Source: Bacteroidia bacterium (GTDB lineage: Bacteria; Bacteroidota; Bacteroidia; M30B66). From it: DNA of 64,000 bases. A program made the position numbers and the translations under genes. This document shows positions 41,301 through 49,605 of the stretch, one piece after another. The notes below the pieces were generated by a model. The model ran no database searches, was not told where the DNA came from, and worked only from the letters and a program-made list of their open reading frames with translations. The DNA lies in contig OZ257142.1 of the NCBI GenBank assembly GCA_965279035.1, positions 1,120,001-1,184,000 of the forward strand, in the 5' to 3' direction. Every line of letters begins with the position of its first letter. Positions within the stretch are counted from its first letter, which is position 1.

Positions 41301-42584
41301 AATTTCATTGGCTTTTGAGCGAAATAATGGAAACTGAGCAATGAGTTGAGATGGTTGAAGATTATTATTCTCATTACGTGGTGGAGAAAATTGAGTAACG
41401 CCAGGTTGTGTTGCTGTTGGCGATAGTGTGCCTCCATTGAAATAGGCTGCGTTTCCTTCAGCTAAATCGGCGAATGCTGCAATGTTTCTCACATTAGTAG
41501 TTGCATACGTCCTGTTGGTTATATAAACCTCAATACGTGTTACATTGAATGGCGATGTTACGTTTGGAAGTGTAGCCATCGATTGATCATATCGATCCTT
41601 AAAAAACTGATTCAGGAAAAAATGTCGGTTTGCATCATAATCAGATGCTGATATATCAAACTGAGTAGTTTGAGCTCCACCTTGTACATTAATCGTTTTT
41701 TTATCTCCTTGTTGTTGTGAGAAAATCGTTGTTGCTGTAAGTCGACCGAATTTTAATTTAGTCTTTACTCCCATCAAACTCTGGCTACCAGTTATGAGAG
41801 TTCCTGTAAGTGGCATACTTACATTTCCCGCTTCAAGAAGTTGAATGATTTCATCTTCTTTTCCTTCATATTTCAAGTTAACCTTATTGTCGAAATTGAA
41901 ACCGGTTTCGGTGTTGTAATTGGTTTGTAACTGAATTTTATCGCCGATTTTACCAACGATATTCATTTGAATTTTTTGTTGGAAGTTGAACGCTCCAACA
42001 CGTTGCTGGCGAATTGGCAAAGCCGGATTCATGGTCCGGTTAAAGTTTCCTCCAAAGATTAATTCAGCAGAACCTTGTGGACGAATATCAATGGTGTTAC
42101 TGCCGAAAATGGTGGCAAAGGCATCACCCGGAACAGTAATTTTCGGTTGAAATCCTTTTTTGGGTTTTGTGGCATCATCCGAAGCCATGCGATCGCGCCA
42201 GTTTTTTTGTAGCGCTTTATCAAAATCCATCTCCTGATACTCTTGAAAAGTCAAGTAAGTAGGATAGCCATAACGCATATCACCCATTTTTTGGGTAACA
42301 TCGTATTCATTTGTTTTTGGATTCAGGATGATATCCGTTTGAATATTGGAAGGATCGGCTAGAAAAAGTCCGCTAGGATTGGGATCAAGCGGATCGAGTT
42401 CAGCATCTGAAAAAGGGAAAGGCAATAAACTATCTGGATCAGTTGTATCAGGAACAGATAGTTCTTTTTGAAAAAGCGATTTTTCTTCAATCAATTCTAC
42501 AGGACGGCTATTCGCGCTCCATGCAATAGCAACGAAGAGCAAAACAGCAATGCTTACAGAAAGATATTTATCGTACTTTTTCAA
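35322..42584 (-). CDS. sprA: T9SS outer-membrane translocon SprA (Sov)
   Basis: 2420 aa; FGSNTIDIRPQGSAE, LEAGNVSMPL, SYIDDFEG, WVNELR; sits between ruvA and gcvH. Confidence 0.95.
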   Translation of the reverse strand: MKKYDKYLSVSIAVLLFVAIAWSANSRPVELIEEKSLFQKELSVPDTTDPDSLLPFPFSDAELDPLDPNPSGLFLADPSNIQTDIILNPKTNEYDVTQKMGDMRYGYPTYLTFQEYQEMDFDKALQKNWRDRMASDDATKPKKGFQPKITVPGDAFATIFGSNTIDIRPQGSAELIFGGNFNRTMNPALPIRQQRVGAFNFQQKIQMNIVGKIGDKIQLQTNYNTETGFNFDNKVNLKYEGKEDEIIQLLEAGNVSMPLTGTLITGSQSLMGVKTKLKFGRLTATTIFSQQQGDKKTINVQGGAQTTQFDISASDYDANRHFFLNQFFKDRYDQSMATLPNVTSPFNVTRIEVYITNRTYATTNVRNIAAFADLAEGNAAYFNGGTLSPTATQPGVTQFSPPRNENNNLQPSQLIAQFPLFRSKANEILNQNPQFIPAVDYEYLQNARLLSPTEYTFNPLLGYVSLNQALNADEVLSVAYQYTINTAQGQQVYQVGEFSTDVQGTGILVLKMLKSTQVFTKKPIWDLMMKNVYSLNGYQISKDNFKLNVLYQDEQTSVKMNVIPEGIQVKGKILLQLFNLDRLNNQNDPQADGFYDFIEGKTIQSDKGRIIFPMREPFKKFLRSKYIQPDENPLANRYAFDSLYVTTKPLAQLDAQHNRFYIQGSYQSASGSEISLNAMNVPQGSVTVTAGGLPLTENVDYTVDYALGRVRIINQGLLNSQTPISISLETNTLFAIQSKRLMGAHFDYKISKDFGLGATVMNLSERPMTQKINIGDEPINNTILGIDGNFKSDSRFLTRLVDKLPFYSTKETSSITASWEGAKLIPGHSKVIGKDGLSYIDDFEGAESSIDIRSFGNWFLASTPSGQLSLLTEGTLFDDRRYNNNRSKINWYTIDPLFSRNGSTTPENVKDSPMQSNNFMRQIVETEIFPNKARPNGQVQIMPVLDMHFNPTLRGPYNYVVNDNPYAKGLNPDGTLKDPRTRWAGIMRRIETNDFESANIDYIEFWMMDPFADGLAGTPINNGTGGDFYINIGNISEDILRDGQQSFENGIPVTAENTNVAYTTWGKHPTAPPLVRAFDNNPTSRPLQDVGLDGLPNDSERVFFQDYLTEAQSVLNADAFTQLQADPSNDDYRFFRSSEWDAQSADILTRYTLYNGLENNSRLGQDPIESYPTANSPLPNIEDINSDNTLSTSEAYFQYRLSLRPQDMVVGQNYIIDKVPGKGELANGKPIDVTWYQFRVPIRSYSNKVGSISDFRSIRFMRMFFHNWQQEVVVRMARLELVRAEWRRFDYSLKEPGLFIGNDLNTQFQVSTVNIEENGDKTPVNYVLPPQIRREVDVTTTNLQQLNEQSLQLRVCNLEDGDARAVFKNTNLDIRAYRRIRMEVHAESMNNNQWPDKQLTAFIRLGTDFVNNYYEYEIPLKRCADGTANPEDIWNNSFNFLLETLTNAKINRNTLMLSDPSITFNKPFYYQDPDFPDNRITVVGVPQISGVKTMMIGIRNPQNDEYNPWPDDGSVGCAEIWVNELRVSDYFEAGGWAANARVTAKLADLGTIALAGSRTTFGFGSIEKKPMERARANTTTYSIISNLELGKFFPKTWNMSIPLYWELGENISNPQFDPLDADVKFQRALDYQPSEGARDSLKQLSQIYTKRRSINFTNVKKNKKQGATKAHFFDVENLDFTYAFSDQFQRSPQVEFNYTKNIDVGLGYTYAPKAKAWEPFKKSKLLEKSKALALIKDFNIGLSPSRIAFRSDIARDFNSQKLRNTSDIALLKIDTTFFKSFTWSRVYDLKYPLTKSLQLDFMATNQSRVDEEPGAINTNSKRDSVIRNLKKGGRNTNYQHTLNASYTIPFSKVPILNWVSGNVSYGATYSWVAAPLVRDSSNANKFKANPFGNSITNSNSINSSGQANLMQLYNKVPYLKKINQKKGTKPKTNKKKAAPKDPKDPNAPKDPKAKKDSTEKKETAFDIILENAAKFLMMLKNVSVTYTETNGTGLPGFINSSQYIGRDWKSGTPTTGFLFGSQQDIRSLMVQRGALTRDTTFNNAFTKTLSKNLTWNATIEPIPGLRITLNANRTYSESFSTIYKYNANTDQFQEVSTLKTGTFSMSTNTWGTAFEKLDNKLHTSNNFQRFLDNRHAVASRLSTNSVNPTTNYPTGFGSTQQDVLLYSFMSTYMGNDPSKQSLSMFPAIPKPNWRITYDGLTKLDFFKKYFKTISLSHSYRSTFNIGSFTTNLLALQNPNSTDQTGNVIPQLNILMASLSEQFGPMLNVDMTWKNSLITKFEMRKTRDLSLSLQNSQITEVNGKEITIGSGYVFNNVELPFKVVGSTKKIKSDLNVRCDVTIRTNKTVVRKIPIEGETIFDPILSAGQQNITIKTTADYVVNSKFTIRLFFDRTSNKPFISNQFPNSNTSFGLSLRFTLNQ

Positions 42585-42625
42585 TCAATCAATAGTTCAA
42601 TAAAAGACAAACGGAACATGATACG

Positions 42626-43210
42626 TTAAAGCATTTTCAAGGTTTGCTTGATCATGTCTTCTACGCTCAGCTCCTTATCGTCAGATTTAATTACTTTATC
42701 TAATGCTTTTTCCGCATTATTCTTTGGAAAGCCGAGTAAAGTCAGTGCAGTTAACGCCTCTACTCTTACTGTATTGTGTAAGCCAGCAAAAAGTTCTGGA
42801 CTTATTGAATCTCGGTCGAATTTGCCCTTCAAATCAACAATAATTCGCTGAGCTGTTTTCTCTCCAATACCTTTTACATTCTTAAGAGTAGTAACATGAT
42901 TGCTCATTACTGCTTCAGCTATTTCGGAGGAACTTAGCGAAGATAAAATCATACGAGCGGTGCTAGCACCAACGCCTGAAACATTTATTAACAAGCGAAA
43001 TGTTTCTCTTTCCGATCGTGTGGCAAAACCATATAGAACGTGAGCGTCCTCACGCACAGCTAGGTGTGCATATAACAAGCAATTTTCCGGATCGCTTATT
43101 TGTGAAAAAGTACTCAATGAAATATTCAACAAATAGCCAACTCCGCCACAATCGATTACGGCATAGGTTGGTGTTTTTTCAATCAGTTTTCCTCTAAAAT
43201 ATTCGTACAT
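42626..43210 (-). CDS. ruvA: Holliday junction branch migration protein RuvA
   Basis: GGVGY, VREDAHVLYGF, VSGVG, GIGEKTAQRII. Confidence 0.96.
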   Translation of the reverse strand: MYEYFRGKLIEKTPTYAVIDCGGVGYLLNISLSTFSQISDPENCLLYAHLAVREDAHVLYGFATRSERETFRLLINVSGVGASTARMILSSLSSSEIAEAVMSNHVTTLKNVKGIGEKTAQRIIVDLKGKFDRDSISPELFAGLHNTVRVEALTALTLLGFPKNNAEKALDKVIKSDDKELSVEDMIKQTLKML

Positions 43211-43213
43211 AAA

Positions 43214-45487
43214 TCAGGAATGAGCTTGTGCATCAACAACTGCTAAGGTGACCATATTCACAATTTCGCGAACTGAACTACCTAATTGTAAAATGTGAAC
43301 GGGTTTTTTCATACCCAAAAGCAATGGACCAATGGCTTCGGCTGAAGCTAGTTCTTGCATGAGTTTATAGGCAATGTTACCTGCAGCTAGATTGGGGAAA
43401 ATGAGTGTGTTTACTTTATTATCAACTAAACAGGAAAATGGAAACTGTTCTTTGAGCATGTTGTTATTCATGGCAAAATTGGCTTGCAATTCACCATCAA
43501 CAATTAAATCCGGACGGCGTTCATGAAGTATTCTAGCAACTTCACGCATCTTGATTGCATCGGCACCTTCGGCAGAACCAAAATTAGCATACGACAACAA
43601 AGCAATCTTAGGAACTATATTCAAATTACTCACGGCATCAGCAGTAAGAATGGTAATATCTACTAATTCTTCCGCAGTAGGATTGATATTCACCGTTGTA
43701 TCGGAGAAAAATACAGGACCGTTTTTCGTCATGATGATGTACAAACCAGCTACACGACTAACATTTTCGCGGATACCAATAACTTGAAGTGCGGGTTTTA
43801 CAGTATCAGGATACTTTCTTGTTAAGCCCGAAATAAGTGCGTCTGCAGCACCTGTGCGAACCATCATTGCCCCAAAATAATTACGTTCACGCATCATTTT
43901 ACGAGATTCGTAAAGCGTTATTCCTCGACGTTTTCGTAGATCGTAGAAAATATCTGCAAAGGCATATCGGCGTTCATCTTCCTCCGAATTACGAGGATCA
44001 ATAATTTCAACACCATCAATATTGATCAAGAATTCATTACAGATTTCCTGAATTTTCTCTTTGTTACCTAAAAGGATTGGAATGGCAATGCCTTCATTAT
44101 TCACTACCTGAACGGCTTTCAGGATTTTGTAATTATCTGCTTCGGCAAAAATAATTCGCTTCGGATTGGTTTTAGCACGCGTTGTTAAGCGATCCATTAA
44201 GGAATTATCTAATCCCATTCTCCGGATTAATTCCTGCTTATAGGATTCCATATCGGAAATAGGATTTTTCGCAACCCCCGAATCCATTGCTGCTTGTGCA
44301 ACTGCCGGAGCAACATAGGTAATTAGGCGTGGATCGACTGGTTTTGGAATTATGTACTCTCGCCCAAATTGCAGATTGGCTTTATTGTAAGCCATGTTTA
44401 CTTGCTCAGGAACTGGTTGTTTCGCCAAATTAGCAATAGCATAAACAGCCGCCAATTTCATTTCTTCGTTAATGCTTGTTGCACGAACATCCAATGCACC
44501 TCTGAAAATAAAAGGAAATCCAAGCACATTATTCACCTGATTGGGATAATCAGAACGTCCTGTCGCCATGATGATATCTGTTCGTGCTGCTATAGCTTCA
44601 TGATACGGTATTTCGGGATCAGGATTGGCTAAGGCAAACACAATTGGATCTTTCGCCATGCTTCGAATCATGTCTTGATTAACAATGTTCCCTTTCGATA
44701 ATCCAACAAATACATCAGCATTTACAAAAGCTTCAGTCAATGTTTTCTTATCCGTAGTAACTGCAAAAAACTGTTTCTGTGCATCTAAATCTGGACGTGA
44801 TGTACTAATAACACCGGTACTATCACACATCATTAGGTTCTCTTTTTTTACACCCAACTGAAGATATAAACGAGCACAGGAAATGGCCGATGCGCCTGCA
44901 CCATTAAAAACAACTTTTACTTCTCCAATCTTTTTCCCAGCTATCTCAAGGGCATTCAATAATGCCGATCCAGTAATGATCGCTGTTCCATGTTGGTCAT
45001 CGTGCATCACTGGAATCTTTAACGATTCTTTTAATCGACGCTCAATTTCAAAACACTCCGGAGCTTTAATATCCTCCAAATTAATTCCCCCAAATGTGGG
45101 TGAAATCGCCTTGACCGTTTCTACAAATCTATCGATGTCTGTAGCATCAACTTCAATATCGAAAACATCGATGTCTGCAAATATTTTGAATAAAACTCCT
45201 TTCCCTTCCATCACGGGTTTTGAAGCTTCTGGACCAATATTTCCTAAACCTAAAACCGCAGTACCATTCGAAATAACTGCAACCAGATTTCCTTTGGTTG
45301 TGTATTTATAAACGTCTTCGGGATTTTTTTCTATTTCTAAACAAGGCTCAGCAACACCAGGAGAATATGCCAATGACAAATCCCGCTGTGTGGAAGTTGG
45401 CTTACTCGAAATAACTTCAATTTTACCCGGGCGACCATTCGCATGATAATCGAGCGCCTGTTTCTTTTTATAATCGTTCTTATCCAT
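43214..45487 (-). CDS. maeB: NADP-dependent malic enzyme with PTA-like domain
   Basis: LSLAYSPGVA, PVMEGK, HDDQHGT, GRSDYPNQVNN. Likely start MDKN at 45487. Confidence 0.95.
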   Translation of the reverse strand: MDKNDYKKKQALDYHANGRPGKIEVISSKPTSTQRDLSLAYSPGVAEPCLEIEKNPEDVYKYTTKGNLVAVISNGTAVLGLGNIGPEASKPVMEGKGVLFKIFADIDVFDIEVDATDIDRFVETVKAISPTFGGINLEDIKAPECFEIERRLKESLKIPVMHDDQHGTAIITGSALLNALEIAGKKIGEVKVVFNGAGASAISCARLYLQLGVKKENLMMCDSTGVISTSRPDLDAQKQFFAVTTDKKTLTEAFVNADVFVGLSKGNIVNQDMIRSMAKDPIVFALANPDPEIPYHEAIAARTDIIMATGRSDYPNQVNNVLGFPFIFRGALDVRATSINEEMKLAAVYAIANLAKQPVPEQVNMAYNKANLQFGREYIIPKPVDPRLITYVAPAVAQAAMDSGVAKNPISDMESYKQELIRRMGLDNSLMDRLTTRAKTNPKRIIFAEADNYKILKAVQVVNNEGIAIPILLGNKEKIQEICNEFLINIDGVEIIDPRNSEEDERRYAFADIFYDLRKRRGITLYESRKMMRERNYFGAMMVRTGAADALISGLTRKYPDTVKPALQVIGIRENVSRVAGLYIIMTKNGPVFFSDTTVNINPTAEELVDITILTADAVSNLNIVPKIALLSYANFGSAEGADAIKMREVARILHERRPDLIVDGELQANFAMNNNMLKEQFPFSCLVDNKVNTLIFPNLAAGNIAYKLMQELASAEAIGPLLLGMKKPVHILQLGSSVREIVNMVTLAVVDAQAHS

Positions 45488-45630
45488 TTGAAAAACAGCA
45501 GCTTGTACTAATAAATAATAAGCTGCAAGCCGCAAAAGTAAAAGATTTCAGACCAGTTCAGGCAGGAATGTTCAGGTGGTTTTCAACATTAAAAGGTTGT
45601 TTATTTCATTCTATTTTTCAACTTCGTATA

Positions 45631-46362
45631 ATGGAGGATGATTTAACTATAAAACGACCAAAAATTGTTGTCTTAACGGGTGCTGGTATCAGTGCTGAGA
45701 GCGGTATAAAAACCTTTCGTGATAGTGATGGATTATGGGAAGAACATTCTATTATGGATGTTGCAACACCCGAAGGTTGGAAAAAAAATCCTTCTCTAGT
45801 TCTCGACTTTTATAATCAACGAAGAAAACAACTACTTGAAGTTACTCCCAATGCGGCTCATAGTGCATTAGTAAAATTGGAAGAGTTTTTTGATGTTTCT
45901 ATTGTTACTCAAAATGTAGATGATTTGCATGAAAGAGCCGGGTCATCTAATATTATTCACCTTCACGGAGAATTAAAAAAAGTACGCAGTGAAGTATATT
46001 CTGAACTAATATATACACCCGAACATTGGGAAATTAAATTGGGTGATTTATGTGAAAGAGGTACTCAACTTCGTCCACATATCGTTTGGTTTGGTGAAGA
46101 AGTACCACTTATTTCTGCAGCAACTGAATTAGCAAAACATGCAGATATATTCATTGTTATTGGAACATCTCTCAATGTTTATCCTGCTGCAGGATTGTTA
46201 CATCATGCACCTTTTAACTGTGTAAAATACCTTGTTGATCCTTCCGAAAATCAAGCTGGTTCACTATATCGCTTAACACATATCAAAGAAAAAGCGGGCA
46301 AAGCAGTTCCTGAATTGGTTGAATTATTAATTAGAAATCGAACTGTCAATTCTGGTAATTAA
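45631..46362 (+). CDS. cobB: Sirtuin NAD-dependent deacylase
   Basis: TGAGISAESG, TQNVDDLHERAG, HLHGE, RPHIVWFGE, GTSLNVYPAA. Confidence 0.93.
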   Translation: MEDDLTIKRPKIVVLTGAGISAESGIKTFRDSDGLWEEHSIMDVATPEGWKKNPSLVLDFYNQRRKQLLEVTPNAAHSALVKLEEFFDVSIVTQNVDDLHERAGSSNIIHLHGELKKVRSEVYSELIYTPEHWEIKLGDLCERGTQLRPHIVWFGEEVPLISAATELAKHADIFIVIGTSLNVYPAAGLLHHAPFNCVKYLVDPSENQAGSLYRLTHIKEKAGKAVPELVELLIRNRTVNSGN

Positions 46363-47198
46363 TCATACAGATTTAAAACCTGCTGATATATAGCATCACG
46401 TTTTTCTTCTAATCGCTGCGCTGCTATGCGTTCTGCTCGATTAAATCCTCCCATATAATATCGTTGATACCAAGGAACTACGGAAAAAAAAGAATTAATT
46501 AATCCGTATTTCAATCCTGTATTTATTCCTAAAGCGATAAAGGCGCCGGTTAATAAAAATGAATTAATTCCGTTTTTAATATCGCCAGAATAAAATTGTC
46601 CCAAACCAGGCATCATCATACTCAATATTCTCGCAGTTCTTGGATTGGGATTTTTAATGTGTTGGACAATATGAAATAAGCTATCTAATTGATTTCTTTT
46701 TTGAATATCATTTTCAGCCAATGCTTGTTTGAATGAGATTCTGCTTTCGTTAAAATTCAGATCATAAAAATAAGCACTACCCAATAGGAAATGTTTGTAT
46801 CGAATTGTGCTATCTGGAAGATTATCACTTAAATCGTATAAATCAACAAACGCAAATTTGTTTCGATGTAGAGCTATTAAACAAGCACATTTTCTTAATG
46901 TAAACCACGATTTTTCTGCATAATCGTCGGAGGTAACTGATGCTTGTAGGTAAAACTTCAATGCCCCTTCAACATCACCTTTTGCTAATCGAATTTTTGC
47001 CAAATGATCGAGCGTACTGATTTTATTTTGACCATTTCCAAAATAGAGCACGCGTTCAAAAGCAAGTGTTGCTGTTTCGTAATTTTTTAAAGCATACTGC
47101 TCCATCCCAAAGCGATATGTTTCTTCAGGATTTTGCGAATATGTAGTTAGAAAGAAACTAAGGTTGCAAAGCAAAAGCAGCACGAACTTTTTGAGCAA
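46359..47198 (-). CDS. TPR protein with C-terminal membrane module (paralogue B)
   Basis: Probable TTG start at 47198 gives a signal peptide. TPR helices; KNPNPRTARILSMMMPGLGQFYSGDIKNG. Confidence 0.7.
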   Translation of the reverse strand: MLKKFVLLLLCNLSFFLTTYSQNPEETYRFGMEQYALKNYETATLAFERVLYFGNGQNKISTLDHLAKIRLAKGDVEGALKFYLQASVTSDDYAEKSWFTLRKCACLIALHRNKFAFVDLYDLSDNLPDSTIRYKHFLLGSAYFYDLNFNESRISFKQALAENDIQKRNQLDSLFHIVQHIKNPNPRTARILSMMMPGLGQFYSGDIKNGINSFLLTGAFIALGINTGLKYGLINSFFSVVPWYQRYYMGGFNRAERIAAQRLEEKRDAIYQQVLNLYD

Positions 47199-47988
47199 GT
47201 TTGTCCGACTGTCTTTTATTGTAACGCTTAGCTGATGTATAGGAACCATAAATATTTCCAAAGTAAAATCCAGTAGCCATCGTGCCGTAAATCCAGCCAT
47301 AAGCCTTATCTGTTCCATGAACATGAAATCCTCTATAAGCAGTAAAACTTGCTGCTGCGATTGTTAAAACGCTAATAATCCCATCTTTCCAGTCGCCAGT
47401 ATAAAACTTACCACTACCAGGTACGATTGCCGACATTGCCATTGCAAGACCGGGTGATTTTCGTTTTAAATGAATTCCTTCTTGGCTAAAAGAACGAAGT
47501 GGTATAATTGAACTTTCTGTAGCTGGAATCTCTGATAAAATCTGTTCTGATTTTTTATAATCCTCATCAAGTAAATAGCTAAATGCTTGATAAAAATGTT
47601 TTCGTTCAGTGCTAATATGTTGATTCGTTTGAATAAAATTTCGAGCAGTTTCGTTCTTGTGATCAGAAATTAAATTATAGGCGAATAAATCGTTGAATGG
47701 AGAATTGATTGTTTGGATTTCAGGATAAAAAACGTTCAATCGATTTATTGCAATCGAATATTCTTGATTTAAACTATAGCATCGAATGAGTGATTCCCGC
47801 AAAGTATCATTTGCAGGTTCTAAAAAAAGCAAGCGCTCATATTCAATTGCAGCCAATGAATATTGTTGCGACTTAAATAAATAAGTAGCAAATTCTTTGG
47901 AATGCGGAATGTCGTAGAGATTTTGGTTAAAAGCACTTTGACAATTGAGCAATAAAAAGAAGAAGAATATTCGGGAATTAAATCGCAT
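47158..47988 (-). CDS. TPR protein with C-terminal membrane module (paralogue A)
   Basis: Signal peptide; FATYLF..QQYSLAAIEYER TPR; KSPGLAMAMSAIVPGSGKFYTGDWKDG. Confidence 0.72.
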   Translation of the reverse strand: MRFNSRIFFFFLLLNCQSAFNQNLYDIPHSKEFATYLFKSQQYSLAAIEYERLLFLEPANDTLRESLIRCYSLNQEYSIAINRLNVFYPEIQTINSPFNDLFAYNLISDHKNETARNFIQTNQHISTERKHFYQAFSYLLDEDYKKSEQILSEIPATESSIIPLRSFSQEGIHLKRKSPGLAMAMSAIVPGSGKFYTGDWKDGIISVLTIAAASFTAYRGFHVHGTDKAYGWIYGTMATGFYFGNIYGSYTSAKRYNKRQSDKLAQKVRAAFALQP

Positions 47989-48365
47989 TAGGGATTGTCA
48001 ATAAACAGATTTTTTTCCCTGTCGTAAATGTATTTATCGGGATTCAAACCATTACACCGTTGTAATCGATCTAAAGTGGCAAGCATACCTAAAAAAGCGC
48101 CTTTCTTTTTTACCGCTAAAAGCCCATATTCAGAGCAGGAAGGGTAAAACGTACACTTATTATTATCTTGGGAAGAAACAGCGAATTTGTAAAATAAGAA
48201 AAGACCAGAAAAGAAATATTGAATCTCGTTTGTATTATTCTTAGCAAATGCAAATTCCTGATGAGTATGCGGTTTGTGGAAACTTTGACGTAACTCATCA
48301 GAAGCAAAGTGTTGAGCCATCAATCTACCACTACTTAAGAGGAATAGGCAAATTATATAGCGCAT
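47988..48365 (-). CDS. YidD-family (membrane insertion efficiency factor-like) protein with an apparent signal peptide
   Basis: YKFAVSSQD..KCTFYPSCSEY....KKKG..G....DRLQRC...DNP. Likely start MRYIICLFLL at 48365. Confidence 0.8.
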   Translation of the reverse strand: MRYIICLFLLSSGRLMAQHFASDELRQSFHKPHTHQEFAFAKNNTNEIQYFFSGLFLFYKFAVSSQDNNKCTFYPSCSEYGLLAVKKKGAFLGMLATLDRLQRCNGLNPDKYIYDREKNLFIDNP

Positions 48366-49026
48366 CGTCTTTAAGCTCATTGATTCGTAAATTTTTGAAG
48401 GTAGATATTTTGGTTTCTTTGCCACTTAGTTTATACAATACTTCAACTATTTCTGAAGGAAATTCCACCCCATTACTTTTTAAAAAGCCTTTAAATATTT
48501 GCTTCTTTATCAATTCGTTTTTAGGAGTGTAGAATGCAATTCCAACAACTTTACCTCCTTGTTTAGATACAACTACTTTCCCAAATGCTTTTTGCATGCG
48601 TTTATCTGGAAGCCAAGTAGTAATTACCATTGTTCCATCACGTTCAACATTACTTAATGTGTAAAGTGATTGTTCTAAACCAAAATTATCTAGTTTGTTT
48701 TGAAGCGCAAACTCAAAGATGGTCGAAGAGGGTAACATGGGAACAAACTGCCTATTCACCAATTTGTTTGCAACAATTCTATTAAATACAGTATCAACTA
48801 TTACCCAATCTTCTTTAGCTGGAAAGGTAACATGATAAACAAGTTTTTTATACGTTCTATCATATAAAACAGAACCCATTGTTAAACTCATTTTACCATC
48901 ACTAAATTTCTCCTTAATAGAGAAGTCTGCCCTTAACCTAAAATAGTGTTGCCCAATTAAGAAATTGGGCAACACGATAGATATTGTAAGCAGAAAAAGG
49001 AAACAGAGTTGTTTCTGTTTATTCAT
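48331..49026 (-). CDS. Exported protein, probable LolA-like fold
   Basis: Signal peptide; ADFS...GSVLY...LVYHVTFPAKEDWVIVD; C-terminal FPSEI...FKNLRINE...DALYNLPIP resembles LolA/lipoprotein-sorting proteins. Confidence 0.55.
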   Translation of the reverse strand: MNKQKQLCFLFLLTISIVLPNFLIGQHYFRLRADFSIKEKFSDGKMSLTMGSVLYDRTYKKLVYHVTFPAKEDWVIVDTVFNRIVANKLVNRQFVPMLPSSTIFEFALQNKLDNFGLEQSLYTLSNVERDGTMVITTWLPDKRMQKAFGKVVVSKQGGKVVGIAFYTPKNELIKKQIFKGFLKSNGVEFPSEIVEVLYKLSGKETKISTFKNLRINELKDDALYNLPIPLK

Positions 49027-49029
49027 TTA

Positions 49030-49479
49030 TCAGAAGCTACCAAAGCCTGTTCCTAAAATAAGAACCCAAACAATGATATAAATTATAAATAAACCACCTT
49101 CAACAACAGCACAACCGATAAATGCTTTCTTTGTTTCGTCGCGATCGTCTGCAACAAAGTAAACAACAGCAATACCAGCTACACCAAAACAAGCACCCCA
49201 AACAAATGAAGGGATTCCTAGTGGTGGATCTCCACGAAGTGTAGAAAGAATACCCAGAATGTCGCTTGAATTGTTCACATTCTGAACGAGTGGATTACTT
49301 GGGTTGATTTCAGCAAGAGTGATTCCTTCATTTGCTGAAACAAACTGCTCAAGTTCATTCAATTGTGCAAATTCAGCATTGATCTCTTGATCATCTACCT
49401 TAAATAATTCTGCATTCTCTGCAGCAAAGCCGAGATTGAATGCAAGCGCAAGAAGCGCAGTAAATAGTGCTTTTTTCAT
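49030..49479 (-). CDS. Small exported precursor-like membrane protein
   Basis: Signal peptide (..GFA|AE), acidic ~65-aa region, then a Gly/Cys-containing hydrophobic C-terminal domain. Confidence 0.75.
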   Translation of the reverse strand: MKKALFTALLALAFNLGFAAENAELFKVDDQEINAEFAQLNELEQFVSANEGITLAEINPSNPLVQNVNNSSDILGILSTLRGDPPLGIPSFVWGACFGVAGIAVVYFVADDRDETKKAFIGCAVVEGGLFIIYIIVWVLILGTGFGSF

Positions 49480-49505
49480 ACGTTTTAGCTTTTTGTTCTT
49501 ATTGG

Positions 49506-49513
49506 CAAATATA
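49506..49513 (-). promoter_or_regulatory. -7 promoter element (TATATTTG) heading the 49479-46359 operon
   Basis: TAnnTTTG consensus 26 nt upstream of the ATG. Confidence 0.6.
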
Positions 49514-49605
49514 ATCGGTTTGGATTCAATCCAACAAGTAGTTGATTTTTATCACCTATTTTTTTAACGATCCTTCTATACATAGTTGTTGAAATCTAAC
49601 TTGAA

